64,000 nucleotides of DNA, from positions 128,001 to 192,000 of the forward strand of contig CAVTUQ010000012.1 of NCBI GenBank assembly GCA_963737905.1, written 5' to 3'. This DNA comes from an uncultured delta proteobacterium. Lineage in GTDB: Bacteria; Desulfobacterota; Binatia; UBA9968. The notes beneath the pieces were generated by a model, which saw only the letters and a list, made by a program, of their open reading frames with translations, had not been told where the DNA came from and made no database searches. A program made the translations under genes and the position numbers. The stretch's first letter is position 1, and the number at the start of each line of letters is the position of its first letter. Of the stretch, positions 41,043 through 49,933 are shown one piece after another.

Positions 41043-42022
41043 ATGAGCGAAGAACATAAACACGACCATAAGCATGATCACAAAGAGGGCGATCACGACG
41101 ATGGGCATGATCATGAACACAGCCACGGGCATGCTCATGATCACGGAGCACGGCCGACGATCACGAACATGGACACGATCATGAGCACGCGCACGATCAC
41201 GAACACGCTCATGACCTCGGGCATGGCCATGGGCACAAAACTCGTTTCCATGATCCGCAACACGCGGCAGAGTTCGATCGTCGAATCTCGGGGATCCGCA
41301 GCGATCTCGCCGAGAAACTGGCTGAAATGCTCGTTTTGCAAGGAAATGAACAGATTCTCGACGTGGCAACGGGCACCGGTCGAGTAGCTCGGCCGGTGGC
41401 GAAGCGCCTCAAGGGCGGCAGGGTCATCGGTGTTGATCAGGCGCTTGCCATGCTCGACGTCGGACACCAACACGCAGATCCGATTCCTGCGTATTGTCAG
41501 AGCGCTGGAGAGGCGGATGCGCTGCCTTTTAAGTCTAACACTTTCGATCGCGCCTTTGTGTCTTTTAGCCTGCATCACTTTCGTAATTCCGAACGGGTGG
41601 TGAAGGAAGTGCTTCGCGTGTTGAAAAATGGCGGTCGATTCGTCGTTCTCGATCCTGTGGTCGAGGATGCCAAGGACTCCGTAGACATTGCGCTTGAGGC
41701 GAAGATCAATAAGGTGTTCCGGCGCACGCATGGCGACGATTTCCGTTTTCACACCGCGAGCACTATTCAACGTTTGCTGACCAAGGCGGGATATCGCATC
41801 CCGCGGACCAACGTTCTGTCTTATTCGTTCAATCAGGAAGGCATGGACGGTATTCCCACCGGCCAGCACTGGCTGGAGGCCGCTGAGGAGTTGGAAACCG
41901 AGGCACCAGAACTGGCGGCTCGGTTGAAGAAGAATTACTTCACGTGGCACCGGCACGGCGACCATGTGCACGTCAAAGGCAGCTTTTCTTATGCCCTGAT
42001 CTGCGGGGTGAAGCCGGATTAG
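41043..42022 (+). CDS. class I SAM-dependent methyltransferase with His-rich N-terminal tail (frameshift ~41145-41155)
   Basis: His/Asp/Glu-rich leader continues after the shift into ILDVATGTG...GEADALPF...SLHHF...LKNGG. Confidence 0.8.
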
Positions 42023-42028
42023 ATTCGT

Positions 42029-42063
42029 GGTTTCGGGTGTCGGGTTTCAGGTTTCGGGTTTGT
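42029..42063 (+). repeat. 7-bp tandem repeat (GGTTTCG)n
   Basis: Five units just after the stop codon. The same unit occurs at 60516-60547. Confidence 0.8.
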
Positions 42064-42103
42064 AGGTCTTCAGGCTTTCCTGTGAAGCAGAATTTGGAGA
42101 TTG

Positions 42104-42188
42104 CACCGCGGAGGCGCGGAGGACGCTGAGTAAAAAGTGCTTGATGAAAAAAATTCTCTATCTCTGCGAACTCGGTGCCTCTGTGGTG
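42104..42188. repeat. imperfect inverted repeat (REP/MITE-like)
   Basis: CACCGCGGAGGCGCGGAGGACGCTGAG ... CTCTGCGAACTCGGTGCCTCTGTGGTG. Confidence 0.7.
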
Positions 42189-42265
42189 AATCCTTCTTCA
42201 CAGAAGGCCCGAAATAACCATTTCCAGACCTAGGGACGGGTCGAATCCGAAAGGAGTGATGTATT

Positions 42266-42526
42266 TTGAAGCGAGCTGATTTTCGTCAATTCTACCGTGA
42301 CGCCCACGCTGTCGAATGTCTAACAAACCGCGAAAAGATGCTCATCGGCTTGACAGTGGCGATGATGCGACTCTGCGATCCATGAGTCGAACGGCGCCTT
42401 GCGGACGCAAGGAAAGCGGGGATGACGGAAGAAGAGCTGGACGCGGCGGTGGATGTGATTGCGGCCGTTGATGCGGGTGTTTTACAGTCGCTGAATCAGC
42501 GGATCAAACAGCGGCAGAAATCATAG
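42266..42526 (+). CDS. AhpD/carboxymuconolactone decarboxylase-like selenoprotein (CxxU), 86 aa
   Basis: SD AAGGAG at 42251 and TTG start. MKRADFRQFYRDAHAVECLTNREKMLIGLTVAMMRLCDP-U-VERRLADARKAGMTEEELDAAVDVIAAV...; TGA at 42383-42385. Confidence 0.8.
42397..42412 (+). promoter_or_regulatory. putative bacterial SECIS hairpin
   Basis: CCTTGC-GGAC-GCAAGG starts after an 11-nt spacer following the in-frame TGA. G-first apical loop. Confidence 0.65.
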
Positions 42527-42538
42527 GCAAGAGGTCGT

Positions 42539-43975
42539 ATGAAATTCGTACAGCTCCCATCCGGGCCGCTTTGGCTATCGCAATGTTTCTCGTTGCTTCT
42601 TCGCCCGGATGGACACAAACCCGGCCGATCGTCCTACAGGGCGGCATCCTGATAGACGGGACCGGCCGTCCTGCGGTTGAAGATGCGGTGATTGTCTTTC
42701 AAGACGGGCGTATTCGAGAAGTCGGCAAGCGCGGCGAGGTCACGATACCGCAGGGCGCCGAAATGATCGATGCCAAGGGCAAGACCATCTTGCCGGGGTT
42801 GATCGATGGCCACTGCCATTACCGCGACTGGATGGGAGAAGTATACCTCGCCTATGGGGTTGTCACCTGCCCGAATATTTCCAACAATCCCGTTGACTGG
42901 ATCATCGCGCAGCGGGAAGGCGTGCGTAACGGCAGCATCCGCGGTCCGCGGGTGTGGGCTTCCGCCAATATCATCGATGGACCGCCGCCGGAGGGTACCG
43001 GCACACTCAGGCGCCAGCGCACAAGTATTATCGTCGACAGCGAAGAAGAAGCACGAAAGGCTGTGCGAGGACTGGTCGAAAAGGGTGTGGACGGCATCAA
43101 ATTGTTCGAACGCCTCAAGCCGCAGGTTGCCAAAGCCGCGGTGGACGAAGCGCACAAGCTCGGGCGGCCAGTGTTCGGTCACTCGCTGGATATTTTTACC
43201 GCGGCGGCGAACGGCTATCAGTCGGTCGAGCATTCGTGGTCGGTGGTCTACACGTCGATCCAAGATCCAAAGAAGAAACACGATCTCGACATCGGGCGTA
43301 TGCTCGGCAAAGTCGATACGGCGGACGTGCACGCGCAGATGGAGCCAGCGATGTTCGACAAGATCATCAAAGTTATGGTGGAAAAAAACGTTCATTGGAG
43401 TCCCACCTGGGCTACGTGGTTCCGACCGCTATCGAGCCATGCCGCCGATATGAAGCAGCGCGAGCTGGCATTGCTGAGAAACCCGCAACTGAAATATTTG
43501 CCGGCCTACATTCTCAAAGACACGGAAAGCTTCTTTGCGAAGTACGAGAAGATGGCGCCCGAGAAGCGCAACGCGGTTATATCCGGTTACAAGATGCTGC
43601 AGGATTTCGTGCGCCGGTTCGCTGCGGCGGGAGGTAAAATTCACTCTGGCTCCGATCCCAACCACGTTGTGCCCGGCTATGCCGTCCATGCCGAGCTGGA
43701 AATGCTCGTCGAAGCGGGCCTAACGCCGCTACAGGCCATCCAAACTGCCAGCCTCAACGTCGCGCAGGCGTGGGGAAAAGACAAGGACTATCGGCAGCGT
43801 CGAAAAAGGCAAGATCGCGGATCTGGTGATCGTCCGCGGGGATCCGCGCCAAAATATTTCGGACACGCAAAACGTCGAGAAGGTGTTTATCGAAGGAACG
43901 GCCATGGACATCTCGTATCATCCGGACTACAAAAATCCGATCCCACGCCCGATAGAAGATCGGCCGGGACAATAG
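42539..43975 (+). CDS. amidohydrolase family protein (frameshifts near the 5' end and ~43792)
   Basis: LPGLIDGHCH, SVEH, GSD, ELEMLVEAGLTP. After a +1 shift it continues GSVEKGKIADLVIVRGDP...NVEKVFIEG to TAG 43975. Confidence 0.85.
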
Positions 43976-44006
43976 GGGTCGATTTCCCGCATTTGGGTAC
44001 GCGGAA

Positions 44007-45143
44007 ATGAACATCCAGATTTCTAAGAGGCCGTCATTCCCAAATGCTTTTATCGGGAATCCAGGCGAAACTCTGACCGGACCACCGATAAATACTTTCG
44101 AGGGTGACGATCCTCGGATAGGTTCTCTCAAATATTTTTTGATAGTCTCCTTGTTTCTCTGGATGATCCCGGGACTGGCACAGGCTGCTGAAGTTCAAAC
44201 CCTGACCGTTGTCTCCTATCCCGCTCGCCCTGCAAAACTGCCACTCTGGCTTGCGCAAGAGGCCGGGTTGTTCGAGAAAAATGGGCTCAGAGTTACGATC
44301 AAAGAGCTCAACTCCAGTGAAGCACTGGTTGCGTCCATCGAAAAACGCGAGGGCCAGATTTACGCCGCGACGGCGAACTGGCTGGTGTCCGGCATTGGTG
44401 ACGGATTTGACCTCGTCTTTATCGCCAACACGGGCTACAGCGTTCTCAAGCTTGTGGCTCGACCGGATATTCGTCACCCGCAAGAGCTGAAAGGAAAAAA
44501 AGTCGGTACCGGCGAGCCCAACAGCAGCCAGGACCGGATCACCCGCCAGGCGTTGCAAAGGCTCGGATTGAATCCTGACCGAGATGTCAATCTGGTACCG
44601 TTTGGGAGCCGGAGCATTCAGCGTTTAAACGCCCTCTTGAAAGGTGAGATCGACGCTACGACCAGTAATGAAGACAACCTCTTCAATTTAGAGAGAAGAG
44701 GTGAGATCGGCAAAGTCCGTGTTCTCGCCGACAATGAAAGCTTGAAGCTCTTTATCGGCGCGGGCGTGGATTTCGCCGTTTCACGCGCACTGCTTGTCAA
44801 CGCTCGCTTTGCCGTAAAGGAATTTGTTAAATCGCTTTGCGAAGCGATCGCGCTGGCACGGGATGATCGTTCGTGGGCCGACCAAATCTATGGGCGCTAC
44901 CTGAACGTCAAAGACCCGGCATTGCTGGATTTCATGTACCGGACTTACGTGGAAGGAGCGATCCCGCAGCGTCCGTTTCCCAAAGCAGAGAACGTCGCGT
45001 TGGGAATCGAAGAGTTCGCAGGGAAACCTGGACTTAGGAACAAGAAGGCGGAAGATCTCGTGGATAGTAGTATCGTTGAGCAGCTGGAAAGCGAAGGCCT
45101 GTTCCAGCGCCTTTACCGAAAGCCGCGGGAACATACCGAATAA
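44007..45143 (+). CDS. ABC transporter substrate-binding protein, NMT1/SsuA family
   Basis: GLFEKNGL and ELKGKKVG; the start is uncertain. Confidence 0.85.
   Translation: MNIQISKRPSFPNAFIGNPGETLTGPPINTFEGDDPRIGSLKYFLIVSLFLWMIPGLAQAAEVQTLTVVSYPARPAKLPLWLAQEAGLFEKNGLRVTIKELNSSEALVASIEKREGQIYAATANWLVSGIGDGFDLVFIANTGYSVLKLVARPDIRHPQELKGKKVGTGEPNSSQDRITRQALQRLGLNPDRDVNLVPFGSRSIQRLNALLKGEIDATTSNEDNLFNLERRGEIGKVRVLADNESLKLFIGAGVDFAVSRALLVNARFAVKEFVKSLCEAIALARDDRSWADQIYGRYLNVKDPALLDFMYRTYVEGAIPQRPFPKAENVALGIEEFAGKPGLRNKKAEDLVDSSIVEQLESEGLFQRLYRKPREHTE
44032..44109. repeat. 78-bp palindromic REP/MITE-like element
   Basis: CGTCATTCCCAAATGCTTTTATCGG ... CCGATAAATACTTTCGAGGGTGACG form ~25-bp imperfect inverted arms. 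Confidence 0.7.
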
Positions 45144-45205
45144 AGTTGACACTGAGAACGCTTTCTTAGTACGCTCGCGGCGATTCGTTGTCACAAGGAG
45201 GAAGC

Positions 45206-46120
45206 ATGAAAACAAAGCTGATGCCGTTTCTTGCGTTCGCGCTTTCCTTGCTATTTGTCCGGGTACTCTCGGCTCAGGATCTCGGCCCGCAGATCAAACA
45301 AATCAAAGAAGGTATCTACGTCTATGTGGGTAAAGAGTTCAATTCCAATTGTGGCATTATCCTGACTCAGGACGGTGTCGTGCTCATCGATAGCGGGCAT
45401 AATCCTACCGATTCACGGGCGATCTTGGCTGCCGTGAAAAAACTCACGCCATTGCCGGTGCGTTTTTTGATCGACACCGAACCCCATCCTGATCACACGA
45501 CAGGTCATTTTGTCTTTTCACCTCCCGCCACCATAATCGCTCACGAAGGCGCCACCGAGTCTATGAAAGGTCGCGAACGTGAGAACCCGGAGCGCATCAA
45601 AAAAATGATGACCGTCTCGCCGGAGATGCGAGCTGCGCTTGAAGGTTATCGATTCGTCCCGCCGCAAATCGAATATCGTCAAAAGATGACACTCAACGTG
45701 GGGGAAAGAACTTTCGAGCTGATGTACTTAAAAGGCGTGCATAGCGAGGCGGATACGGCTGTCTGGCTACCTAAAGAACGGGTGCTCTTCTCGGCATCTG
45801 CCGCCGTCGTCAATCAGTACAACATTCTTCGCCCCTTCGTTACCATCCCGGATATTTTGGCGGCGATGAAAATGATGAAGGGTCTCAATCCGGAGTTCGT
45901 CATTCCCGGACATGGAACGCCCGGCACGGTCAAGATATTCGAGGATTCTGAGCGGTATTACGCTCTGCTGGTGGAACGTGTCGGCAAGATGGCGCGCGAA
46001 GGCAAGTCGCTCGACGAGATAAAAAAGGAGCTTCGCATGCCTGAATATGACGGTTGGGCCAGTAAGGATAGAATACCTTCCAATATCGATGCCGCATACA
46101 AAGTAGTGAAGGGGAACTAA
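45206..46120 (+). CDS. MBL-fold metallo-hydrolase (cyclase-like)
   Basis: TEPHPDHTTG, HSEAD and IPGHG; SD AAGGAGG. Confidence 0.88.
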   Translation: MKTKLMPFLAFALSLLFVRVLSAQDLGPQIKQIKEGIYVYVGKEFNSNCGIILTQDGVVLIDSGHNPTDSRAILAAVKKLTPLPVRFLIDTEPHPDHTTGHFVFSPPATIIAHEGATESMKGRERENPERIKKMMTVSPEMRAALEGYRFVPPQIEYRQKMTLNVGERTFELMYLKGVHSEADTAVWLPKERVLFSASAAVVNQYNILRPFVTIPDILAAMKMMKGLNPEFVIPGHGTPGTVKIFEDSERYYALLVERVGKMAREGKSLDEIKKELRMPEYDGWASKDRIPSNIDAAYKVVKGN

Positions 46121-46422
46121 CGCAAGGCCAAACTCGTCAGCGACCCAGGGCTCGGTGAATCTGTTTTAGAAAACTCCTTCCGGACTGCCTTCATACATGA
46201 CACCGCTACAGATGATTCGCTTACCATATAAGTCAGTAACGTCGAGATGCCACTTTGCCGGAAACATGCGCCAAGCCATCAACTTCTCAGATATTACGCG
46301 GTCGTAGTTCTCAACGTAGGCGCGCATTATCGGATATAGTGGCGTGTGCTGCGCGTCTGTTTCAAGTCCCATAGCACTAAGACTCTCAATACAGAGTGAG
46401 GAACGTTCGAAGACTATTTAGC

Positions 46423-46596
46423 TCACTGCATGATTCGCTGATACGTTGCCCGTTCCTCCGAAATCCTCTGCATAAACTCTTCTCGGATAATCAGCCGGTT
46501 CTAAATCAGGAGCGTCGCCAGTGCGTCGGTCTGCGCGAAGAAGCTAGAGACAAGAAGTTCTTCCAACGTGACAGGTCTTTTATCTGATTCTGCCAT
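46423..46596 (-). pseudogene. small hypothetical protein gene with in-frame TAG
   Basis: MAESDKRPVTLEELLVSS..AQTDALATLLI*NRLIIREEFMQRISEERATYQ; SD GAGGAAG. Confidence 0.45.
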
Positions 46597-46634
46597 TCTG
46601 CTTCCTCATTTGATTACTCGATTCGCCCGCATCA

Positions 46635-46775
46635 TCACCATCGGGGAATCGTCAGGCCAAGACTTTGGCGGTCTTTAGATTGATCATCAGCTCGAACTTG
46701 GTGGGCTGCTCGACGGGAATGTCGGCGGGCTTGGTGCCCTTTAAGATTTTGTGCACATAGGTGGCAGCAGGACGC
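46635..46775 (-). pseudogene. 3' remnant of a PF04392 ABC substrate-binding protein gene
   Basis: [35 protein letters not shown] then LGLTIP; paralogous to the C-terminus of 48160-49140. Confidence 0.8.
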
Positions 46776-46848
46776 CGTTTGAGGTGTCAACCGAATGTCG
46801 CCCAATGTCAAGACAAACACGGGTTAAGGGACTTATTTGTAGATGATT

Positions 46849-47010
46849 ATGACCCGCCAAGAGATGGAAGAACGGCTAGATGAACTCAGCCGCAAATGTG
46901 ACGGACTCGGCCGCAAATATATAGAAACCCGCGACGACAGGAAAATCGTAGAAGAGCTTTACGAATTGGTGTGGGAGCTACAGAAGCTAAAAAACGAATT
47001 ATTAAACTAG
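46849..47010 (+). CDS. 53-aa helical mini-protein (paralog 1)
   Basis: MTRQEMEERLDELSRKCDGLGRKYIETRDDRKIVEELYELVWELQKLKNELLN*. Confidence 0.55.
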   Translation: MTRQEMEERLDELSRKCDGLGRKYIETRDDRKIVEELYELVWELQKLKNELLN

Positions 47011-47048
47011 AACCCCTGGCCCCTTGCGCAATCCAAGTGACAGTGACC

Positions 47049-47177
47049 ATGACCCGCGAAGAGATACACAGACGACTGGACGAGTTAGCCCGCAAGTATG
47101 TCGAGACACACGACAAAGAAATCGTACCAGAGCTTTACCGATTAGCCCGCGAGCTTGAGAAGATCCAGAAGGAATGA
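47049..47177 (+). CDS. 42-aa helical mini-protein (paralog 2)
   Basis: MTREEIHRRLDELARKYVETHDKEIVPELYRLARELEKIQKE*. Confidence 0.6.
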   Translation: MTREEIHRRLDELARKYVETHDKEIVPELYRLARELEKIQKE

Positions 47178-47562
47178 AGATCAAGTCAGCGGTGACCACG
47201 TTGTCGGCTCGAGCCGGATTGCTGACCGAAGGATGATTCCTGCGGGATACCGACTGGCGGATCTGCTGATTCGGGTACCCAAACTTTGATTGAAGGAGAA
47301 GTCTGGCCAATTGCGCCTAATTTTCAATTTGACCGATATCTCTACCATCTCTCAGCGTATTTGGTGATTTGATCCCAGGTCACCCGGTATGGCTTTTTGT
47401 CCCTGTAGGGCGACCAGCGCATACCCCCAAACGCTTACGATTACTTTCCGAAAGGTGTGTCTTGCCCCACTTGTCCCAGATCTGCATGTTGATTCCAACG
47501 CGAACGTCACAGCTTTCACCCGGTGGAAAATTTCTCACGGTATCGCGACTATCTGTCCTGAG

Positions 47563-47745
47563 TTAAAAAGTGGTTTCTTGGGATCCTCTATTAAAAGTTT
47601 GTTCCATCACTTTGACTAACGCCAAATTTTCTTTTGCCCCGCACCGTTCGCACCTATCTCTCTCTCCTTCACTCTGCATATTGAATCCGGTGAGAGCTAG
47701 GCCATGTAGAATCCAAGCGCAGTAATTGCATAGTTTCTTAGTCAT
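47563..47745 (-). CDS. small zinc-ribbon-like hypothetical protein
   Basis: CNYC...CERC; purine-rich SD upstream. Confidence 0.5.
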   Translation of the reverse strand: MTKKLCNYCAWILHGLALTGFNMQSEGERDRCERCGAKENLALVKVMEQTFNRGSQETTF

Positions 47746-48159
47746 AGGTTCTTCCCCCTTCCTTCTCGATTATCTTCACTAGGTTGTTCCTCTCAGTGGA
47801 GATGGAGAAGAGCAAGTGCGAGGCCGCTCCAAATAATGCTCAGAAGTGCGCAGATTGGCGGAGGCTCGGTGAAAAGTCTCAAGACGGCGAGCGCCGCGAT
47901 GCCTCAGCTCTATGGGTAAGAGATAACAACGGGCGAATTAGCCCAGGTGACGGCGACACTAGGTCACGCGGATTTTAGAAAGTCCCCTTATGAAGATGAT
48001 TTATAGAAAGTTATCAAAAGCAGCGTCACTACCTGTCTTGGGGGAGTTTTCTGAACCGCTAGCGCATACATCGGCTCGACAAAGCGAACCTTGGCCGAAA
48101 GGAGGGAATTGACGTCCTTTGGTTTCACAAGGAGCGGCGTCAGTGATGCGTTCAGCGTC

Positions 48160-49140
48160 TTACTTAATCAACTTATCCGCCCGGTAAAGCACGGACGGTG
48201 GAATTGTCAGACCGATTTGCTTCGCGGTGTTCAAGTTGATCACCAGCTCGAACTTCATCGGCTGCTCCACGGGAAGGTCGGCTGGTTTGGTGCCCTTCAA
48301 GATCTTGTCGACATATCGAGCAGCGTCTCGCCCTTCGGCAACGTAACTGGGTCCGTAGGACATCAGGCAACCGTTGTCCACATAATCTCCCCGAGCGCAC
48401 ATCGCCGGCAGCCGATTTTTTATCGCGAGGTCCGCGATCGGTTTTTGATTAGAATTGGACACCGGGTTTAGCGTCACAGCGAGAGCGCCACTGCGCGCTT
48501 TAACTGCCTCTTTGAAAGCGCCCTCGTATTCGCCGACGCTGCTCGCCTTCATAGAATAGAGTTGCAAACCTAGTTCTGTCGCCACGAGTTCGGTTTCTTT
48601 CCATTGTGGTACGGAGCCTGGAGACTGTGGATCCCACAGCACCGCAACACGGGAGAGTTTTGGAATAGTTTCCTTGAGCAATTCGAGTCGTTTGCCAGAC
48701 AACACCGGCGCAATGTTGGTGAACCCCGTGAGGTTTCCCCCGGGACGTGCCAGGCTGTTAACCAGCTCAGCCGCCACAGGGTCAGACACGCCAATAAAAA
48801 TAATGGGGATCGTCCTTGTCGCGGCCTTGGCAGCTTGAACAGCATTCGTCGTGACCCCGACAAGGACCTCAACCTTGAGATCGACCAGCTCGGCCGCGAA
48901 GCTAGGGAGCCGATCGAACTTCCCTTCCGCATGTCGGTACTCAATGGCAATGTTCTGCCCCTCAACATGGCCGAGATCGCGTAGCCCTTGCCGGAATGCG
49001 TCAAACCGAGGCAGTTCTGCCGAAGAAGTGTTGGACGTTAGATACCCTATCCGATGAACTTTCTTCGCCTGTTGGGCCTCAGCGAAGGTGCCTATGGCGA
49101 GAAGATGAAGCGCGATTACCCACAAAAATTTCTTTTTCAT
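48160..49140 (-). CDS. ABC transporter substrate-binding protein (PF04392 family)
   Basis: AFRQGLRDLG.VEG.NI.IEYR, SLARPGGNLTG, KRLELLKE and PADLPVEQP.KFELVIN. Confidence 0.93.
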   Translation of the reverse strand: MKKKFLWVIALHLLAIGTFAEAQQAKKVHRIGYLTSNTSSAELPRFDAFRQGLRDLGHVEGQNIAIEYRHAEGKFDRLPSFAAELVDLKVEVLVGVTTNAVQAAKAATRTIPIIFIGVSDPVAAELVNSLARPGGNLTGFTNIAPVLSGKRLELLKETIPKLSRVAVLWDPQSPGSVPQWKETELVATELGLQLYSMKASSVGEYEGAFKEAVKARSGALAVTLNPVSNSNQKPIADLAIKNRLPAMCARGDYVDNGCLMSYGPSYVAEGRDAARYVDKILKGTKPADLPVEQPMKFELVINLNTAKQIGLTIPPSVLYRADKLIK

Positions 49141-49644
49141 GCCCTTTATGTATGTCGCAATGGATATGCCACAAAAATAAGCCTATGAAATCGCAGTCTG
49201 GCGGAAGGCGAAGCAAGGGAGCGTCTCATTATGGATACTTCTAATGTATGAAATTTGATTCACTCACTGCGGAAATGCTTAGGCGGTTTAACGAGCGTTG
49301 AAACACCGTGCACTTACGTTACCAACGTTCTGTGCCGAACCAACACCCACGCAAGTCGGTACCCACATTTCAGGCACCGTCTATTTATCGCCTGCACAGG
49401 CGCCTTGGTCTTCCGCTTTCCGTCAGGGCACTCCACAACGAGATTAACGATCGAGTACCTCACAGAGACAGATCAACAAGCACGCCCTCCGTTACCGTTG
49501 GATTTGCGTCCATCGTGCGGATCCGGCCATTAGGACAAAAGGAAATATGTGAACAGCAGCGAAAGAAAATAACGTGCACAGTACATGCACAAAGACACTG
49601 CCGTTGACTTGGGTGCGGATTCTAAGCTATTGATTTCACTCTAT

Positions 49645-49721
49645 GGTCGCATAGCTCAGCTGGTTAGAGCGCTCGCCTCACATGCGAGAGGTCGTAGGTT
49701 CGAGTCCTACTGCGACCACCA
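49645..49721 (+). tRNA. tRNA-Val (anticodon CAC)
   Basis: GGTCGCA/TGCGACC acceptor stem, D-arm, CTCGC-CTCACAT-GCGAG anticodon arm, GGTTCGAGTCC T-arm, encoded CCA. Confidence 0.96.
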
Positions 49722-49933
49722 TAAAAATCAACCACTCTGTTGTTATAGAAATTTCGGGGCCGTACTAAAACTACTGATACCTTGTAAGAGATTGACGCAT
49801 AAGGAACCGCGCTCAGGCCTGAAGCGGATGGAAGAAGCTATTGGCCGGTCAGACAATCAAAACGTAGATTTTTAGGGCATGGACTGAAGTAGTGGTGACA
49901 ACAAAAACGCCGCTTGTAATGCTGCTGGCCTCC

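Noticed and set aside
41043-41387. Stand-alone 114-aa His-rich ORF
   Set aside because: After residue ~34 it reads the His repeat out of frame (TITNMDTIMST). It is better explained as the frameshifted N-terminus of the methyltransferase.
46500-46505. In-frame TAG as pyrrolysine or readthrough
   Set aside because: It lies in a decayed region, is one substitution from GAG, and no pyl genes are visible.
49760-49875. Possible integrase C-terminal remnant after the tRNA
   Set aside because: Only a vague resemblance; no catalytic H-x-x-R or Tyr motif.
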